A DNA stretch of 64,000 nucleotides from Octopus vulgaris. Its lineage: Eukaryota. Both the position numbers and the translations under genes were made by a program. How positions within the stretch are numbered: the first letter of the stretch is position 1; every line of letters starts with the position of its first letter. Where the stretch lies: positions 147,002,001-147,066,000 of the forward strand of contig OX597817.1 in the NCBI GenBank assembly GCA_951406725.2, written 5' to 3'. Positions 14,530 to 28,812 of the stretch are shown piece by piece. Below the pieces are notes generated by a model. It saw only the letters and a list, made by a program, of their open reading frames with translations. It was not told the DNA's origin and ran no database searches.

Positions 14530-15320
14530 ACTACACCGTATAGTTGGGTCAGTTGGGTACTGTCGGTGAGAAAAACAGCACCATGATGCAATTCTCTTTG
14601 CCAGAAATTTGGAAACGACATGCTGTACTACTTGGCATTCGCACCGGAAGCTCCAATACGAACATTTCAGTGATGGGTATCAATCTGAGTCCCCCAAGCA
14701 TGTACCGAGAGGGATAAGAATCAAGCATCCTGTCAACATCATGGTGTTTGAAGTGATTACTAGTGATGGCGACGTTATGCCTCCATTCCTCTTCTCACAC
14801 GGCCTCAGACTCAACACGGAGTCCTACATCAAATGCCTGGAAGAGGTAGTGCTGCCCTGATTTTGCTCTGGAAGACCCTATGTCTGGCAACAGGACTCTG
14901 TACCATGCCACACAATCAGGAGAACCCAGTCATGACTGTCATACAAGTTCTGCGACCACATCACCCCTAACATCTGGCCACCTAACTCCCCAGACTGCAA
15001 CTTCATTCATTATTATGTGTGGGGTGCAGTTGAGTGAGAGACCAACAGAACTCCTTGTAACACCAAAGATGAACTGAAGGTAAGGATTATGGCAGCATTC
15101 ACCAACTTAAACAAGGAGACCGTCTAGAAGAGTTGCAAGAGATTTTGAAGTCGTCTGGGGGCCATGGTTGAAGCCAATGGCGATTTTATTGAATAAATTT
15201 ACTCTTTAGTATTTCAAGATATTTTCATGTAATTTTGGTAAATATATCTGTTTAAATGAGATGTCAGTGATATTTTCCTTTACGCGTAATTTAGACGACA
15301 TTTCACCACAGAAGCCTGTA
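14530..15320 (+). mobile_element. Decayed Tc1/mariner transposon, maT-type (DD37D spacing)
   Basis: Peptides IMVFEVITSDGDVMPPFLF and YVWQQDSVPCH...WPPNSPDCNFIHYYVWG...AMVEANGDFIE; 37 residues separate the second D from the mutated third D position; multiple stops. Confidence 0.85.
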
Positions 15321-16519
15321 TATATATTTGAAAGTCTATGAGAATTACTTTATACAGTTTTGAAGCGTAAAAGTTATTTAAAAAAATATTTTAAAAAGTT
15401 ATCAAATCTTTTATAAGGATGTTACTAACCCTTTTTGGGGAAGAAGTTTCTTTTTCTAGTGCGTGAGCGCTTTCGTTTCACCTTTTCAAACACACGTGAT
15501 AGTATTAATTCTGGTTTATTTTCGGTTTTAGTCATAAATATTCTCTTCCCATTGTTTATTATATGGAAAGTTGGCTATTTTCGATTTAATTTTAGATTTA
15601 GAATTCTTATAAACTATTCTTCTTTTGCCTTTCGTAGTTAAACGTATTCATCGTTTATTTTGTATAATGGAAATATTTAAAATTTTCAATTTGTACAGAT
15701 ATCTAGATGTTCACTGTATGAGACATTCCTAAGAGATGAATCCTTAGTTTGTTGTTTATGTACATTTACACGGCTGGTTAGTTTCATTCCTGTCTGCCCA
15801 ATGTAGTTTTCGTGGCATTGTTGTCATGTGATGCAGTAGATGAGGTTCTTTTGTTTTGCAATTCATGTTTGCATTTCCGGCACTCTCACTATACTGCCCA
15901 AGCATTAATAATAGTTTCGAAATTTGGGACGTGGCCAGTAATCTTAGACGGAGGAGTGTTACTCGATTACATCGACTCCTATGCGCAGGTGGTACTTAAA
16001 TTTTTCGACTCCCAGAGGAGGAGAGGCAAAGTCGACCTCGCTCTGAAGTAATTTGTGCGTCGTGTTAACGGTTCTTCTAGTTCGCCACCTAATAACGGTT
16101 TCGAAGTTTGGCGTGTGGCCAGCAATTTTAGGGAGAGGGGGGGGGGGGGTTAATCGACTGCATTAATTTCGGTGCGCAATTCGTACTTACTTTATTTGAT
16201 CGAACTGAAAACGAAATGCAAAACGATCTCGGTGGAAATTAAACTCAGAACGTAGAATCAAAAGAAATCTTGCTAAGCAAATTATCTGACGATCTAACGA
16301 TTTTGCTAGTTCGCCATCTAATAATAAGGTAGCATTTTAAAAGTATAATTAATGCCTTTTACTAAGGGATCGTTTAAATAAGTTCCAGTCAAGCACTGGA
16401 ATCGTTGTAAACGACTTGCCTTCTGTCCCATTCAAAAATTGTTGGTCTCGTATCAAAATTAGAAAGAACCAGTGCTTTCTTATTTTAGTAAAGAAACGTG
16501 CTAGCACAATCGTTAGCGC

Positions 16520-17083
16520 ATTCTTTCCTACTCTAGGTACAAAGCCCGAAATTTTGGGGGAGGGGGCCAGTCGATTAAATCGACCCCAGTACGCAACTGG
16601 TACTTAATTTATCGACCCCGAAAGGATGAAAGATAAAGAATTTGAACTCAGAACATGAAGACAGACGAAATACCTATTTCTTTACTGCCCACAAGGAGCT
16701 ACACACAGAGGGGACAAACAAGGACAGACAAACGGATTAAGTCGATTATATCGACCCCAGTGCGTAACTGGTACTTATTTAATCGACTTCGGAAGGATGT
16801 AAGGCAAAGTCGACCTCGGCAGAATTTGAACGTGGCGGCAGACGACATACCTATTTCTTTACTACCCACAAGAGGCTAAACGCAGAGGGGACAAACAAGG
16901 GCAGACAAACGGATTAAGTCGATTGCATCGATCCCCAGTGTGTTACTGGTACTTAATTTATCGACCCCGAAAAGATGAAAGGCAAAGTCGACCTCGGCGG
17001 AATTTGAACTCAGAACGTAACGGCAGACGAAATACGGCTACGCATTTCGCCCGGCGTGCTAACGTACTGCCAGCTCGCCGCCT
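16520..17083 (-). mobile_element. SINE family C tandem multimer
   Basis: Reverse complement of the 11118 unit, three subunits. Confidence 0.85.
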
Positions 17084-17534
17084 TAGAATCGTTAGCGCAT
17101 TGTACAAAAAATGTTTAGCAGTATTTTATCCAGATCTTTATATCCTGAGTTCAAACTCTGCTTGATTTTGACTTTGGTTTCGATCTTTTTCAATAAGTAG
17201 TAGTCAGGTGCGAGACGATGTAATCGACTTACCCTCTGTTTCAAAATTACCGGCTTTGTGACAAAATTATTGAGAAACCATTTTTGTCAAAATAATACAA
17301 AAAACGATAGCATAACCAAAAATGTCTGCGAAACTCGAACTAAAGATGCATTAATTGCATTCGACTGTTTTGAGTTGATTTTTGCAATAATTATAACAAT
17401 ATTTCTTGTATTGGTGTGCGGCATAGAGGAAAGCTTCCTTCAGTTGTAGAAGCTGAACTGGTTTCGAGAGGTTAATGATGTCACCAAGACTTAGTCTTAC
17501 GTTTTACAATTCATATTTGTATTGGAGGGATTGA

Positions 17535-17536
17535 GT

Positions 17537-17574
<38 letters not shown>

Positions 17575-18200
17575 AAGAGAGAGAGAGAGAGAGAGTGTAT
17601 GTGTAAGAGAGAGAGAGTGAGAGAGAGAAAGAAGGAGCAATATGAATTGGAGGAGGTGAGGGAGAGAGAGAGAGGGAAAGGAATAAGAGAGGTGGAGAAA
17701 AAAGAAGAGAAGAGAAAGGAAAGAGAGAGACAGGGCTGGAGGAAAAACAGAGAGAGGGAAGAGAGAGGGGAGGGAGAGAAAGAGAGGTGGAAGGAAAGAG
17801 AGAGATAGAGAGAGGGAGGGAAAGATGTATGAATGAGAGATGAGGGAAACGCAGAGAGAGAGAGAGGAGAGAGAGAGGGGAGGGAGAGAAAGAGAGGTGG
17901 AGGGAAAGAGAGAGAAAGAGAGGTGGAGGGAAAGAGAAAGAAAGAGAGAGGGAGGGAAAGATATATGAATGAGAGATGAGGGAAACGCAGAGAGAGAGAG
18001 AGTGAGAGAGGAGAGGAGAGAGAGAGGGGAGGGAGAGAAAGAGAGGTGAAGGGAAAGAGAGAGATAGAGAGAGGAAGGGGAGGGAAATGCACAGAGAGAG
18101 AGGAGAGAGAGGGGAAGAGAGAGAGGTAAGAGAGAGAAAGGGGAAAGAGAGAGAGAGGACGAGAGACAGAGTGAGGGAAGAGAGAGAGAGAGAGGGAGAA
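17535..18200. repeat. Long polypurine (GA-rich) low-complexity tract with internal duplications
   Basis: Directly visible; GAATGAGAGATGAGGGAAACGCAG occurs twice. Confidence 0.9.
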
Positions 18201-18491
18201 AGCGTGAAAGGAGTGGGTGTGTGAATGGAAATGGTATTTCGTTGATTAAATTTGGTTGTTTATTGTGTTTGGTTTTAAAAATTATTGTGAAACATTGTTT
18301 TGGAATTTCTTTGTTTCAATATTTAACAGGAAGTGGGTTTATGGGAAGTGGAACCGAAAGAATATTACTCAGACAAAATGGCTGTTTGGTTAAGGTACCA
18401 AGCCAAACATTTGTATGCTGAGAAAAAAAAAATGGCTTGAAAATTACAAGAACGTATAAATATACATATACACACAGACACGTATGTGTGT

Positions 18492-18545
<54 letters not shown>

Positions 18546-19454
18546 GTGTGCGTCTGTGTGTGTGTGTATGTATATGGCAAAAAAATGAAGATTATAAATA
18601 ACCGAAAATATAAGAAAATTACAGCAAAAATATAAACACCACCACCACCACCACTACCACTGCTACCACCGCCGCCACCACCACCACCACCATCTGCAAC
18701 AACTACATTAATAAGAATAGCGGTAGTAACAAAATAAAATTATCGTGGTCGCTGAGACGGACGAGAACCGGTTGGGGGTGAATGGGGGATGGGCGACGAC
18801 AAGGGGGGAAACAGCAGGAATAGAAGAAGGACAAGGAGGAGGAGGAGGAGAAGAATGAGGGTGGTGATGGTGACGGCGGCGGTGGTGGTTGTGATGGTGG
18901 CGGCGGTGGTGGTGGTGGTGGTGGTTTTCGGTTTGTTAGAAAGAACTTTAATTTACAGCGATAAGATATGGTCGTCGTGAACAACGCGGAATCAAGTTCT
19001 GACGAGAATAGCTCACAGGAAATTACAGATTTTCAGAGATCATTATTACATTCTACATTTCCGATGAACAAGTCATGATTTGATAAGTGTAACAGAACTC
19101 TGAGTTACTCGCCATTGTCCACCTCCTCCTATTTCTCCTCCTCCACCTCCACCCCTACTTCGATTTGTATTATAATCACTGAATTCAATGATATAATATT
19201 TTGCTCAACTGGCGTTGCTTATCTTTCTTTTTCCCCCTCTCCGATTTCAAGCAAATATGTGTTGCATGAAACCGAGGAAGTCTGCATTATTCATAAACTT
19301 CTCTATCAGATGCACCCACACCTTTCACTTCTTCCTCTCTCATCGCCCTCTCCTTTGTTAACACACAAAAACGCCTAACAATCAATATATATATATATAT
19401 ATATATATATGCGAATGCATCTATGTGTGTGTTTGCGTGTTTATATCTATATAT

Positions 19455-19875
19455 CTTTTATCTTCTACGTGTTTCAACCATTAGACTGTGGCAATGGTGG
19501 GGTACCACCTTGACGAATGAATCGCCCCCAGGATTTATTATATTTTGTAAAACCTGGTATTTTTCCTACCGGCTTTTCTTTTTGCAGAACTGCTAAGTTA
19601 TGGGAATGTAAGCAAACCAACATCGGTTGTGAGGTGGTGGTGAGGCACCACTTGACACAAAGACAAACACACATACACACACTCACACACATACACACAT
19701 ACACACACACATATTCATATATATACGACGAGCTTCTTTCAGTTTCCGTCTACCAAATTCACTCACAAGGCTTTAGTTGGCTCGAGTCATATAGCAGGAG
19801 ACACTTGCCCTAGCTGCAACGCAGTGAGACTGAACCCGGGACCATGTTTTTGGGAAACAAGCTTCTTACCGACGG
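19455..19875 (-). mobile_element. SINE family B, diverged
   Basis: Reverse-oriented head, body and tail. Confidence 0.75.
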
Positions 19876-20029
19876 CCACGATACATATACGTGTATCTCT
19901 CTCTCACTCTCTCTCTCTTCGTGCATATATATATATATATATATGTGTGTAGGCAGACTGTGTTGTCAATTGTGGAACACAACTGTCACTATATTAACCT
20001 GATGATTGCGTAACGCATGAAAATTATAG

Positions 20030-21766
20030 TCTATTTCAACTTTCTGGACATACTATTGAACACTTTCCTCAGATACATTCAAAATTTCATTAGAGACGAT
20101 CTGGACATGCTTGAGCATCTACCAAAAATCACCAACGAAGAAGCACTATTAGTCTCCTTCGATGTCATCAACCTCTACACTAACATTCCACATGACTAAG
20201 GAATAGAGGCAATAACATTCCGGTTAGAAAAATACCCCGAAGTTCTCCCGGATCGCATAAACCAGACTTTTGTCATTGAATCCCTGAAGTGCATCCTACA
20301 AATCAATTATTTCCTATTCGATGCAACATACTACCACCAAAAATGTGGTATTGCGACGGGAACGAAAGCAGTACCCGTCCTTGCGAACCTAATAATGGGT
20401 TTCGCTCCGAAAATTTGGACTCCCATTTCACCAGTAAATAAGAGAAAACTGGAAAAGGTACCTAGACGATCGTTTTATCATCTGGAATGAAACCCATGAT
20501 AAACGTCTGGATTTCAAATCCACACTGAACAATATAAACTCCAATATTCAACTTACAATGGAATATAGTAAGGAACAGCTCCCATTTCTGGACATTTTGA
20601 TTATAAAATAATCCAACAACCAAATTGCAACAGACATCTACTACAAGCCAACAGACTCAAAACAGTATCTCCTTTACAGTTCTCACCAAAATAAATATCC
20701 CATCCAATCCAGTAAAAAGGAACTGTACAATTGTATCTGACACAACCACTCGGGAACGTGCCAAGAAATTGGACACAAACACATTAAGGGCAACAAAACA
20801 AAACACTACACCTCACTCTAAATCACTCCCATACACAACCCCAGAAACAATGAAGCATACAACACAATTATTCAAAATCTCCCTCTGTTCACTCAAGACC
20901 CGAAAATGAACAACATCCTAAATACACATAAACTCCTCAAATGCAGAAGACAACACAAATCACTCAAGAGACTCCTAAGTAATGCAAAACTATACTCAAT
21001 ACATACGATACCAACAGTGAAAAAATGCAGACGACCTAATTGTGGTACATGCCCATATCTAACGGAAGGCTCAGAATTCACATTCCAGCAAGGAGAAACA
21101 TTCTCAATTAAGACCAACTTCACATGTGCTTCCCAGAACCTTAACTATGCTCTAACATGCTCAGGTTGTGGCCACAATTATGTGAGCCAAGCAAGCCTTA
21201 CTTTGAGACACAGAGTCACGCTCCATAAAGAACAGATTCGTTTTCCTCAATAGAGGCAGATAGCCCTGAACGAACATATCGTCGGATGCGCAAGAAATCA
21301 AACGCCGAATGTCCATATCTTTTCCATTATACCAATGAAAAGATTCAATCTCCTTACAAGAACTCCTACACAAGGAAAACCTGCTCATACAAAAGTACAG
21401 ACCACAACTTAATATACGAATTTGAACATTTCAAAAATTATACTGAAGAGTTAGTTGTCCCCCTTGCCATCTGTTGCCTCCTTTGGTCCAATCTCTAGAT
21501 TCATACATATTTTTCAAGTATCCAAAATGGCAAGAGCCTTTTGTCACAAGAATTGATTACTCCACAATTTCCCTTGAAAAGCTAACTTAAATAGCGAAAA
21601 CCGGTTGGATATCACGACATCCATAAAATGTGTATATATTTGAAAAATTTTTCTTTATAAAAAGGTATTAAACTATGTGAAACGAAGGCATTTCTCTTCC
21701 TCTTTTTGTTTTCCACATATTTTATTTTGCAACGTGGTGTATATTGAATCTCCAGTATTTTTGCTC

Positions 21767-21770
<4 letters not shown>
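20030..21770 (+). mobile_element. Penelope-like element (Neptune-type), 5'-truncated and decayed
   Basis: RT motifs LVSFDVINLYTNIPH, CGIATGTKAVP and RYLDDRF; linker CRRPNCGTC; GIY-YIG-like NYALTCSGCGHNYVSQ; colinear with the 30447 element; stops and frameshifts; (TA)n on both sides. Confidence 0.9.
21570..21610 (+). ncRNA. Hammerhead-like motif with U3-A8 core in the PLE 3' region
   Basis: CC-TTGAAAA-GCTA acttaaa TAGC-GAAAACCGGTT-GG. Confidence 0.55.
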
Positions 21771-21801
<31 letters not shown>

Positions 21802-21988
21802 TTACTCGTGCATACACATACATGCACAAATAATAAAGTATGAAACGTAAATATATATATATACATACTTATATTTGGCTAAAAGAAAAATGACAATCTC
21901 GAAATACAACAATATCTGTTTCAACACACGGTTTCACATTGGGAATCTTGCAGCAGAAATTCATAAACTTAATATATTGTTATTATTC

Positions 21989-22404
21989 ATATAATATTAT
22001 AGTCTCATGACTGCTGATTATAGTTGTTATTGGACAGTTTCATACCAAATAAGGAGAGTCAAATTTAGCAATCATCGGGGCATGTATGTATAAAGAAGTG
22101 ATTGTTTTTCTTTCATTTTCCTGACTCATGCATGTTTATTTGACGACTTACACGCTCGGATGTCATACAATGTATATAGTGATGGGACATTTATGACTTG
22201 GGATTTATAACTGTTATCTTTTGCAGTGCGCTCTGCATTTTTATTTAATAGCAAATGCATATATTTTTACTGGGACTGATTTCTGAGAGTTTTCTTTTTG
22301 CCATTTCAACCATATCTGATGATTGCTAAATTTGCCCGACATATTTGGCATGAAATCTTTCGATAATAAATTTAATTGGCTGTCATGTGGCTATAATATT
22401 ATAT
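21989..22404. repeat. Inverted pair of hammerhead-bearing modules (21989-22084 minus, 22311-22404 plus)
   Basis: Plus arm CTGATGA-TTGCTAAAT...ATTTGGCAT-GAAA; the left arm is its diverged reverse complement. Confidence 0.65.
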
Positions 22405-22768
22405 AAACAAGAGTACTTAGAGAGCGCAAACCTCCGCCAAGGCAACACTAACGTTCTCTCAACCATTGGCCAGAGAGAGTTTTTAAAATGAAGATATCTG
22501 AAATAAACTCGACTACTCTCACAAACGAGAATTCTAAAAATTTACCCAACCGCTCTCAAAAATAATCCAGAAACCTTGTCCGGTACCGGATTGATCCCAA
22601 AATTTAATCATTTCGTGCCAGTTACAAGGCCAAACATACCTGAAAGTTTCATCCGAATCCATCCAGCGGTTCATGAGATATCTTGTCCACGGACAAACAA
22701 ACAAACAATCACATAAAAAAAAACAATACTCAAAACAATACGTCTGCCTTACCGAAGGTAGAGGTAAT
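22405..22768 (+). mobile_element. Helentron/HINE-like non-autonomous element
   Basis: Subterminal ACCTCCGCCAAGG, internal (ACAA)n and 3' hairpin TCTGCCTT-accg-AAGGTAGA followed by GGTAAT. Confidence 0.55.
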
Positions 22769-23184
22769 AATGGTTTCACATTCTCGCACAGGTTCAGCAG
22801 TTTTTCGATCCCAGTACTTGATTGGTACATATTTTATCGGCCCCGAATGGATGAATGGCGAAATTTGAACTCTGAACTTAAAGTCGGACGAAATGCCGCT
22901 AACAGCCGTGTCGGATGTGCAAATGATTTTGCCATACAGATATATGTACATGATTATAGAGTATGAAATATAGATTATACACATATAATATACAATATGT
23001 AATCTAATACAATAATATACATATATTTATATACACAGACACACACATATGAATGGCTGCCCCTCGGAAGATAAGTTGGTAACCTGCCCCACGGTGGTGC
23101 TAATTCTATTAGATGAATTTTAAGTTGCGAGTTAGGCATGCATACATAGATATATACCTTCATACATGTACACAAGTATATATA

Positions 23185-23254
<70 letters not shown>

Positions 23255-23778
23255 ACTCGAATTCGAGTAAGGCCATTTCGTCCTGAAACAAGACGAACAT
23301 TCTAAATCTTATAAACCACAGAAACAATAAACCAAGACATGTGACTGAAAAAATAGTGAATGCTTTTGTTTATATGACACCTTCTATTTGATGAATCTAC
23401 GAAAGCGGTGGTATTTCATTGTGAAAGATATTCCTGATACTAAAGTCACGAAGACGGAATGTCGGACATGTTTTTTGTGTCTAAGAATAGATCGAGTCTC
23501 AACTTACACTAACGTTAGCATTGAAAACATGTATTTTCCACAGAATCTTCACACTTTATTGCACAGAAGGAAACGAGATGATATTGGTGCTGAAAAAGCC
23601 AACCAAGAGGTACCCGTACAAATGAAAGTATACCTTAAGGGCACAACAGAATTAAATCCTCTTTTTAAAAGCCATTGTATGGCTAATAGTGTGTACAAGA
23701 GAATCGAGAGAACTATTAGCATAATATATTTCAGGGTAAATTCATAAGAAATAGGTTTGATTTTCCTGTAAAATTAAT

Positions 23779-23950
23779 AGGCGTAGGAGTGGGTGTGTAG
23801 TAAGTAGCTTGCTGAACAACCACATGGTTCTGGGTTCAGTCCCACTGTGTGGCACCTTGGGGAAGAGTCTCCTATTATAGCCTCGGGCCGACCAAAGCCT
23901 TGTGAGTGGACTTGGTAGACGGAAACTGAAAGAAACCCGTCGTATATATA

Positions 23951-24011
<61 letters not shown>

Positions 24012-24195
24012 ATATGTTTGTGTGTGTATGTTTGTGTGTCTGTGTTTGTCCCCACAACATCGCTTGACAACCGATGCTGGTGTATTTACGTCCCTGTAAC
24101 TTAGCGATAAGTACTAGGCTTACAAAGAATAAGTCCTGGGATCGATTTGCTTGACTAAATGCGGTGCTCCAGCATGGCCACAAATAAAAGAGTAA
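23779..24195 (+). mobile_element. SINE family B
   Basis: Head, CORE-like block, internal (TA)n and tail. Confidence 0.85.
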
Positions 24196-24819
24196 ACTTT
24201 AACCAGAAGCTTCACACGTGGCCGTTCCACTCCTGAAGCCAATGACACGGTACAAATTATAGCAGTGAATGGCCATTGTCCCACAAGAAACTCCATCACA
24301 TCTTTGATAGGCGTTATCATTTTGCGCCTTCAAAGTATTCCCGGATCCTCTTCACTTCTGAAAAAATATGTGGGTTTTTAAAGGTTTAATTCCAAATGGC
24401 CCCGCCAGGAGAGAGGTTGTACTGGTTTACATGGTACCGGTAAGAACAGATACATAAACACACGCATACACATGCACACACATACATGCACATATATAAA
24501 CATATATGTACACATTCTCAGTCATAAATAAATACCCATATTTTCCTTTCAATTTCTTATCAGTTACATATGTTTCCTATTCAGTTGTAATAATACACAA
24601 CCCCACCGCGTATATGCATGTATGTATGTATATGTATATGTACATGTATGTATGTATGTATGTACGTATGTATGTATGTATGTATGTATGTATGTATATA
24701 TATATATATGCATGCATACATATATACATATATATATAAACACATACACATATATACATACATATATATACATATACACATGCATACATATGTATACACA
24801 CACATATATATATATACAC

Positions 24820-24866
<47 letters not shown>

Positions 24867-25009
24867 CACACATATATATATGCATATGTATATATACACA
24901 TATATATATATACATATACATATACACACATATATACATATATATACAAATACATGCATATATACATATGCATATGTATATATACATATATATATATATA
25001 TTGCAGGGT

Positions 25010-25055
<46 letters not shown>

Positions 25056-25767
25056 CAGGTATGCATATATATACCTATACATAGATACTAACATTCACAT
25101 AAACACACACGCACACACAGCGCCGGCACACACTCACACCTAGACACACACACACACAGACACACATGTATCAACACACACATGGACGCACTCGCTCATA
25201 TAAATCATGCCAAAAAACAAAAAAATAAAAGAGCAAGGAAAAAACAACGCCAAAATTCATCCACAACACTTATCCATAACAACAAAAATGGTGGCAACAT
25301 CAGTAACAACGACACAGCTATAAGTCATATCTTGATTTATTGAGCAACAATGGTGAATGGAAGCGATAAATCGTAGATTAACATGTCAGGAACATATAAT
25401 AAAAAAGAATCAAATAGTTTCAGTTCTAGTTTATTTGTTCTCTCGTTCAGTAATGCTCACACTGGCAGCGTCTGATATGTAGCAGGGGTGTTGGTAGGGA
25501 CACGTTTCATATTGATGGTTCTAGTTGCTGTGGATGTTGTTATTGTTGCTGATGATGTTGTTTAGCCCCGGGTCAGGTCTGATAAAACGGAGTTATATCT
25601 CTGGCTGTCGTAATTATTCTATCTTGATTTTAAGTGTTGTGTATCTAGGACTACACTATCCAATACGTCCTTTTTGAGAGTGGTATTTGAGGGATATATA
25701 GAGTGTATAGCATTTCATAATTATCTATTTACACTAAATGAACCCTTTTTATTATTAATCCTTCAAG

Positions 25768-26570
25768 TAAGGCGGCGAGCTGGCGGAAACGTTAGCACGC
25801 CGGGCGAAATACATAGCGGTATTTCGCCTGCCGTTACGTTCTGAGTTCAAATTCCGCCGAGATCGATTTTGCCTTTCATCTTTTCGGGGTCGATAAAATA
25901 AGTACCAGTTACGCACTGGGGTCGATTTAATCGACTTAAGCTCTCTATCTGTCCTTGTTTGTCCCCTCTATATTTAGCCCCTCGTGGGCAATAATGAAAT
26001 AAGAAACGTTAGCACGCCGGGCGAAATACTTAGTGGTATTTCGTCTGCCGTTACGTTCTGAGTTCAAATTCCGCCGAGGTCGACTTTGCCTTTCATCCTT
26101 TCGGGGTCGATAAATTAAGTACCAGTTACACACTGGGGTCGATGTAATCGACTTAATACCTATGTCTGTCCTTGTTTGTCCCCTCTGTGTTTAGCCCCTT
26201 GTGGGTAATAAAGAAATAGGTATTTCGTCTGCGGTTACGTTCTGAGTTCAAATTCCACCGAGGTCTAATTTACCTTTCATCCTTTCGGGGTCGATTAAAT
26301 AAGTACCAGTTACGCACTGGAGTCGATATGATCATCTTAATCCGTTTGTCTGTCCTTGTTTGTCCTCTCTGTGTTTAGCCCCTTGTAGGTAGTAAAGAAA
26401 TAGGCATTTCGTCTGTCGTTACGTTCTGAGTTCATATTCCGCCGAGGTCGACTTTGCCTTTCATCCTTTCGGGGTCGATAAATTAAGTACCAGTTGCGTA
26501 CTGGGGTCGATCTAATCGATTGGCCCCCTCCCCCCCAAATTGCTGGCCTTGTGCCAACATTTGAAACAAT
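25768..26570 (+). mobile_element. SINE family C tandem multimer (four subunits)
   Basis: Repeated units of about 180-210 bp. Confidence 0.85.
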
Positions 26571-26902
26571 TGTTACCCATTCAAGTGATGCCTCGTTAGA
26601 ATATCTGTAGAAAACAAAATGTCTTGCGACATTTCTTCTATCTAGGTTCAAATTCTGCCGAAGTAAACCCTGCCTTTGTTTGGAATCATTAAAATAAAGT
26701 ACCAGTCAAGTACTGAGACCAATGAAATCATAATTACCAACTAGCTCCATCCTGTACAGAAGCTGTCACAGTTACTTAACGGCGATTGAGATCAGTTCAA
26801 TATAAGAAGGGGAGATAATCTCAAGCCACGGTTTATTGTCTGGAGGAAAGTCATGCGCATGTGTTTCTGCCTCAGTAGACAGAAACCTTGCCATAACATG
26901 GA

Positions 26903-27285
26903 TGGAAGCACTCCGTCGGTTACGACGACGTGGGTTCCGGTTGATCCGATCAACGGAACAGCCTGCTCGTGAAATTAACGTGTAAGTGGCTGAGCACTCC
27001 ACAGACACGTGTACCCTTAACGCAGTTCTCGGGGATATTCAGCGTGACACTGAGAGTGACAAGGCCGGCCCTTTGAAATACAGGTACAACAGAAACAGGA
27101 AGTAAGAGTGAGAGAAAGTTGTGGTGAAAGAGTACAGCAGGGATCACCACCATCCCTGCCGGAGCCTCGTGGAGCTTTAGGTGTTTTCGCTCAATAAACA
27201 CTCACAACGCCCGGTCTGGGAATCGAAACCGCAATCCTACGACCGCGAGTCCGCTGCCCTAACCACTGGGCCATTGCGCTTCCAC
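26903..27285 (-). mobile_element. SINE family A with probable target-site duplication
   Basis: ACCTTGCCATAACA occurs on both sides (near 26885 and near 27284). Confidence 0.85.
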
Positions 27286-27493
27286 CTTGCCATAACAACA
27301 TGTAGATTAAAACCATCCTGAATTTCTCTTAGTACTAAATCTATCTTATTATTTTAGAGACATTGATATAATACACTTAAACAATTGTTAATGATGTAAG
27401 GAGCCCACTACCTTTTCTTATCTCTTTTGATATGTATGCTTAAAGAATTAAAAGAAAATCATTAAAAATACTATTCTTGTTTGTTCTCTACAG

Positions 27494-27563
27494 GAAAAAA
27501 ACCAAAATCCCGAAATTCGATCGAACCATTAACTAAACCATTACGAAATCACTAACTCCACAG
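27494..27563 (+). other. Possible non-coding exon
   Basis: Pyrimidine tract plus CAG acceptor and CAG|GTATTA donor; all three frames contain stops. Confidence 0.3.
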
Positions 27564-28479
27564 GTATTAAAACGTTAATTGAGATAAAAAAAGAAACCTA
27601 GATAATATTTAAAGCGAGAGAAAATTATCAAACGAGAAATAATATATTTTTGATTATGATATTTCTCTTTCTTGTGATGTCTGTCATGTAATTGGAGGCA
27701 AGTAGTGTAAAATTTACAATCCGGTTTCAATTCCAGTTTTCTGATCCTTTATCACCAATACTATAAAATTGAAGTCTATAAACAGTTGTATGTCGACTCT
27801 AACGAAATCAATTTAAATCAAAGGTAAAGCTACCGGAGTGACTATTTCACAGTCTGGTTTCGATTCCTGTTTGCATTAATTGCATTTTATCATCAATATC
27901 ACGATCCAAGAAAACAGTGTCTTCTTGGTAACTCAATCTGCTGGAAAAAGCAGGTTAAAATGGTTCAGTTTGTATGTTTCGTACAGGTATGGCTGAAACA
28001 TCGAGTGTGCTCTGAGGAAGAGAAATGACGAAATCAGAGAGGACGAAAAAAAAACAAATTATTGCTCAGATGAATACTAGACGTAGTGGTAATTGTTTAA
28101 TTTTTGGATCCCTACGCTTTAAATTCCGAGTTCAGTTCCCACCGAAGTCAACCTTGACTTTCATTCTTTCGGCGAGAGATGGGGGTCGATAAAATAACGA
28201 TCTAATTAAATCCAGAGATCAACGGTAGTGGTTGAACTCCTCTCCCCAAATTTCTAGCCTTTACCCTGCATCAAAAGCCGTTGTTTAATTTTAAGCCATC
28301 GGTAAGAGACACAAACACATTCTACATATTTCTTGATAGGGAAACGTTTAAAGTTCATAGCTGAACATGATCAATTGAATTGAGCCTTAAATAAAATAAT
28401 ATTTAAATGTTGTTTTAATGTTTCATATTGTTCATTTTATTTAAAGTTGTATGATTTTCATTTGTGTAATCCCTTAGAA

Positions 28480-28812
28480 AACGGCGACGCCACAAGAAAA
28501 GTTTTTTTTGTGTGCTGCAGTTTGAAAAATGCGAATCGATTGTGTAAGTGCAACGGGAATTTCGCCGCCAATTCAATAAAAATCCACCTCGTCACAAGCA
28601 AATTTACGAATGGCATAAAAATTTCACAGAAAAAGGTTGCATTTATAAATGAAAAAGCACCGGTGCTCATGGCGCTCATGTTGAGCGCATACTACCTTAA
28701 AATAAACTTTAAACCTTCCTCTATCAAGAAATATGTAGAATGTGTTTGTGTCTCTTACCGTTTGCTTTAAAAATAACTTTAAAATCTGCTCCTTGTTTTT
28801 GAATAACCTGCA
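28480..28812 (+). mobile_element. Internally deleted Tc1/mariner element (N-terminal HTH fused to the transposase end)
   Basis: Translation FCVLQFEKCESIV*VQREFRRQFNKNPPRHKQIYEWHKNFTEKGCI, followed by C-terminal-like GAHVE. Confidence 0.65.

Noticed and set aside
18968-19078. Short ORF MVVVNNAESSSDENSSQEITDFQRSLLHSTFPMNKS
   Set aside because: Only 36 codons with no recognisable homology; cannot be distinguished from chance
21915-21962. Minus-strand TTT-CTGCTGC...GAAACCGTGTGTT-GAAA hammerhead-like remnant
   Set aside because: Two uncompensated core mismatches and a weak stem II; too decayed to call
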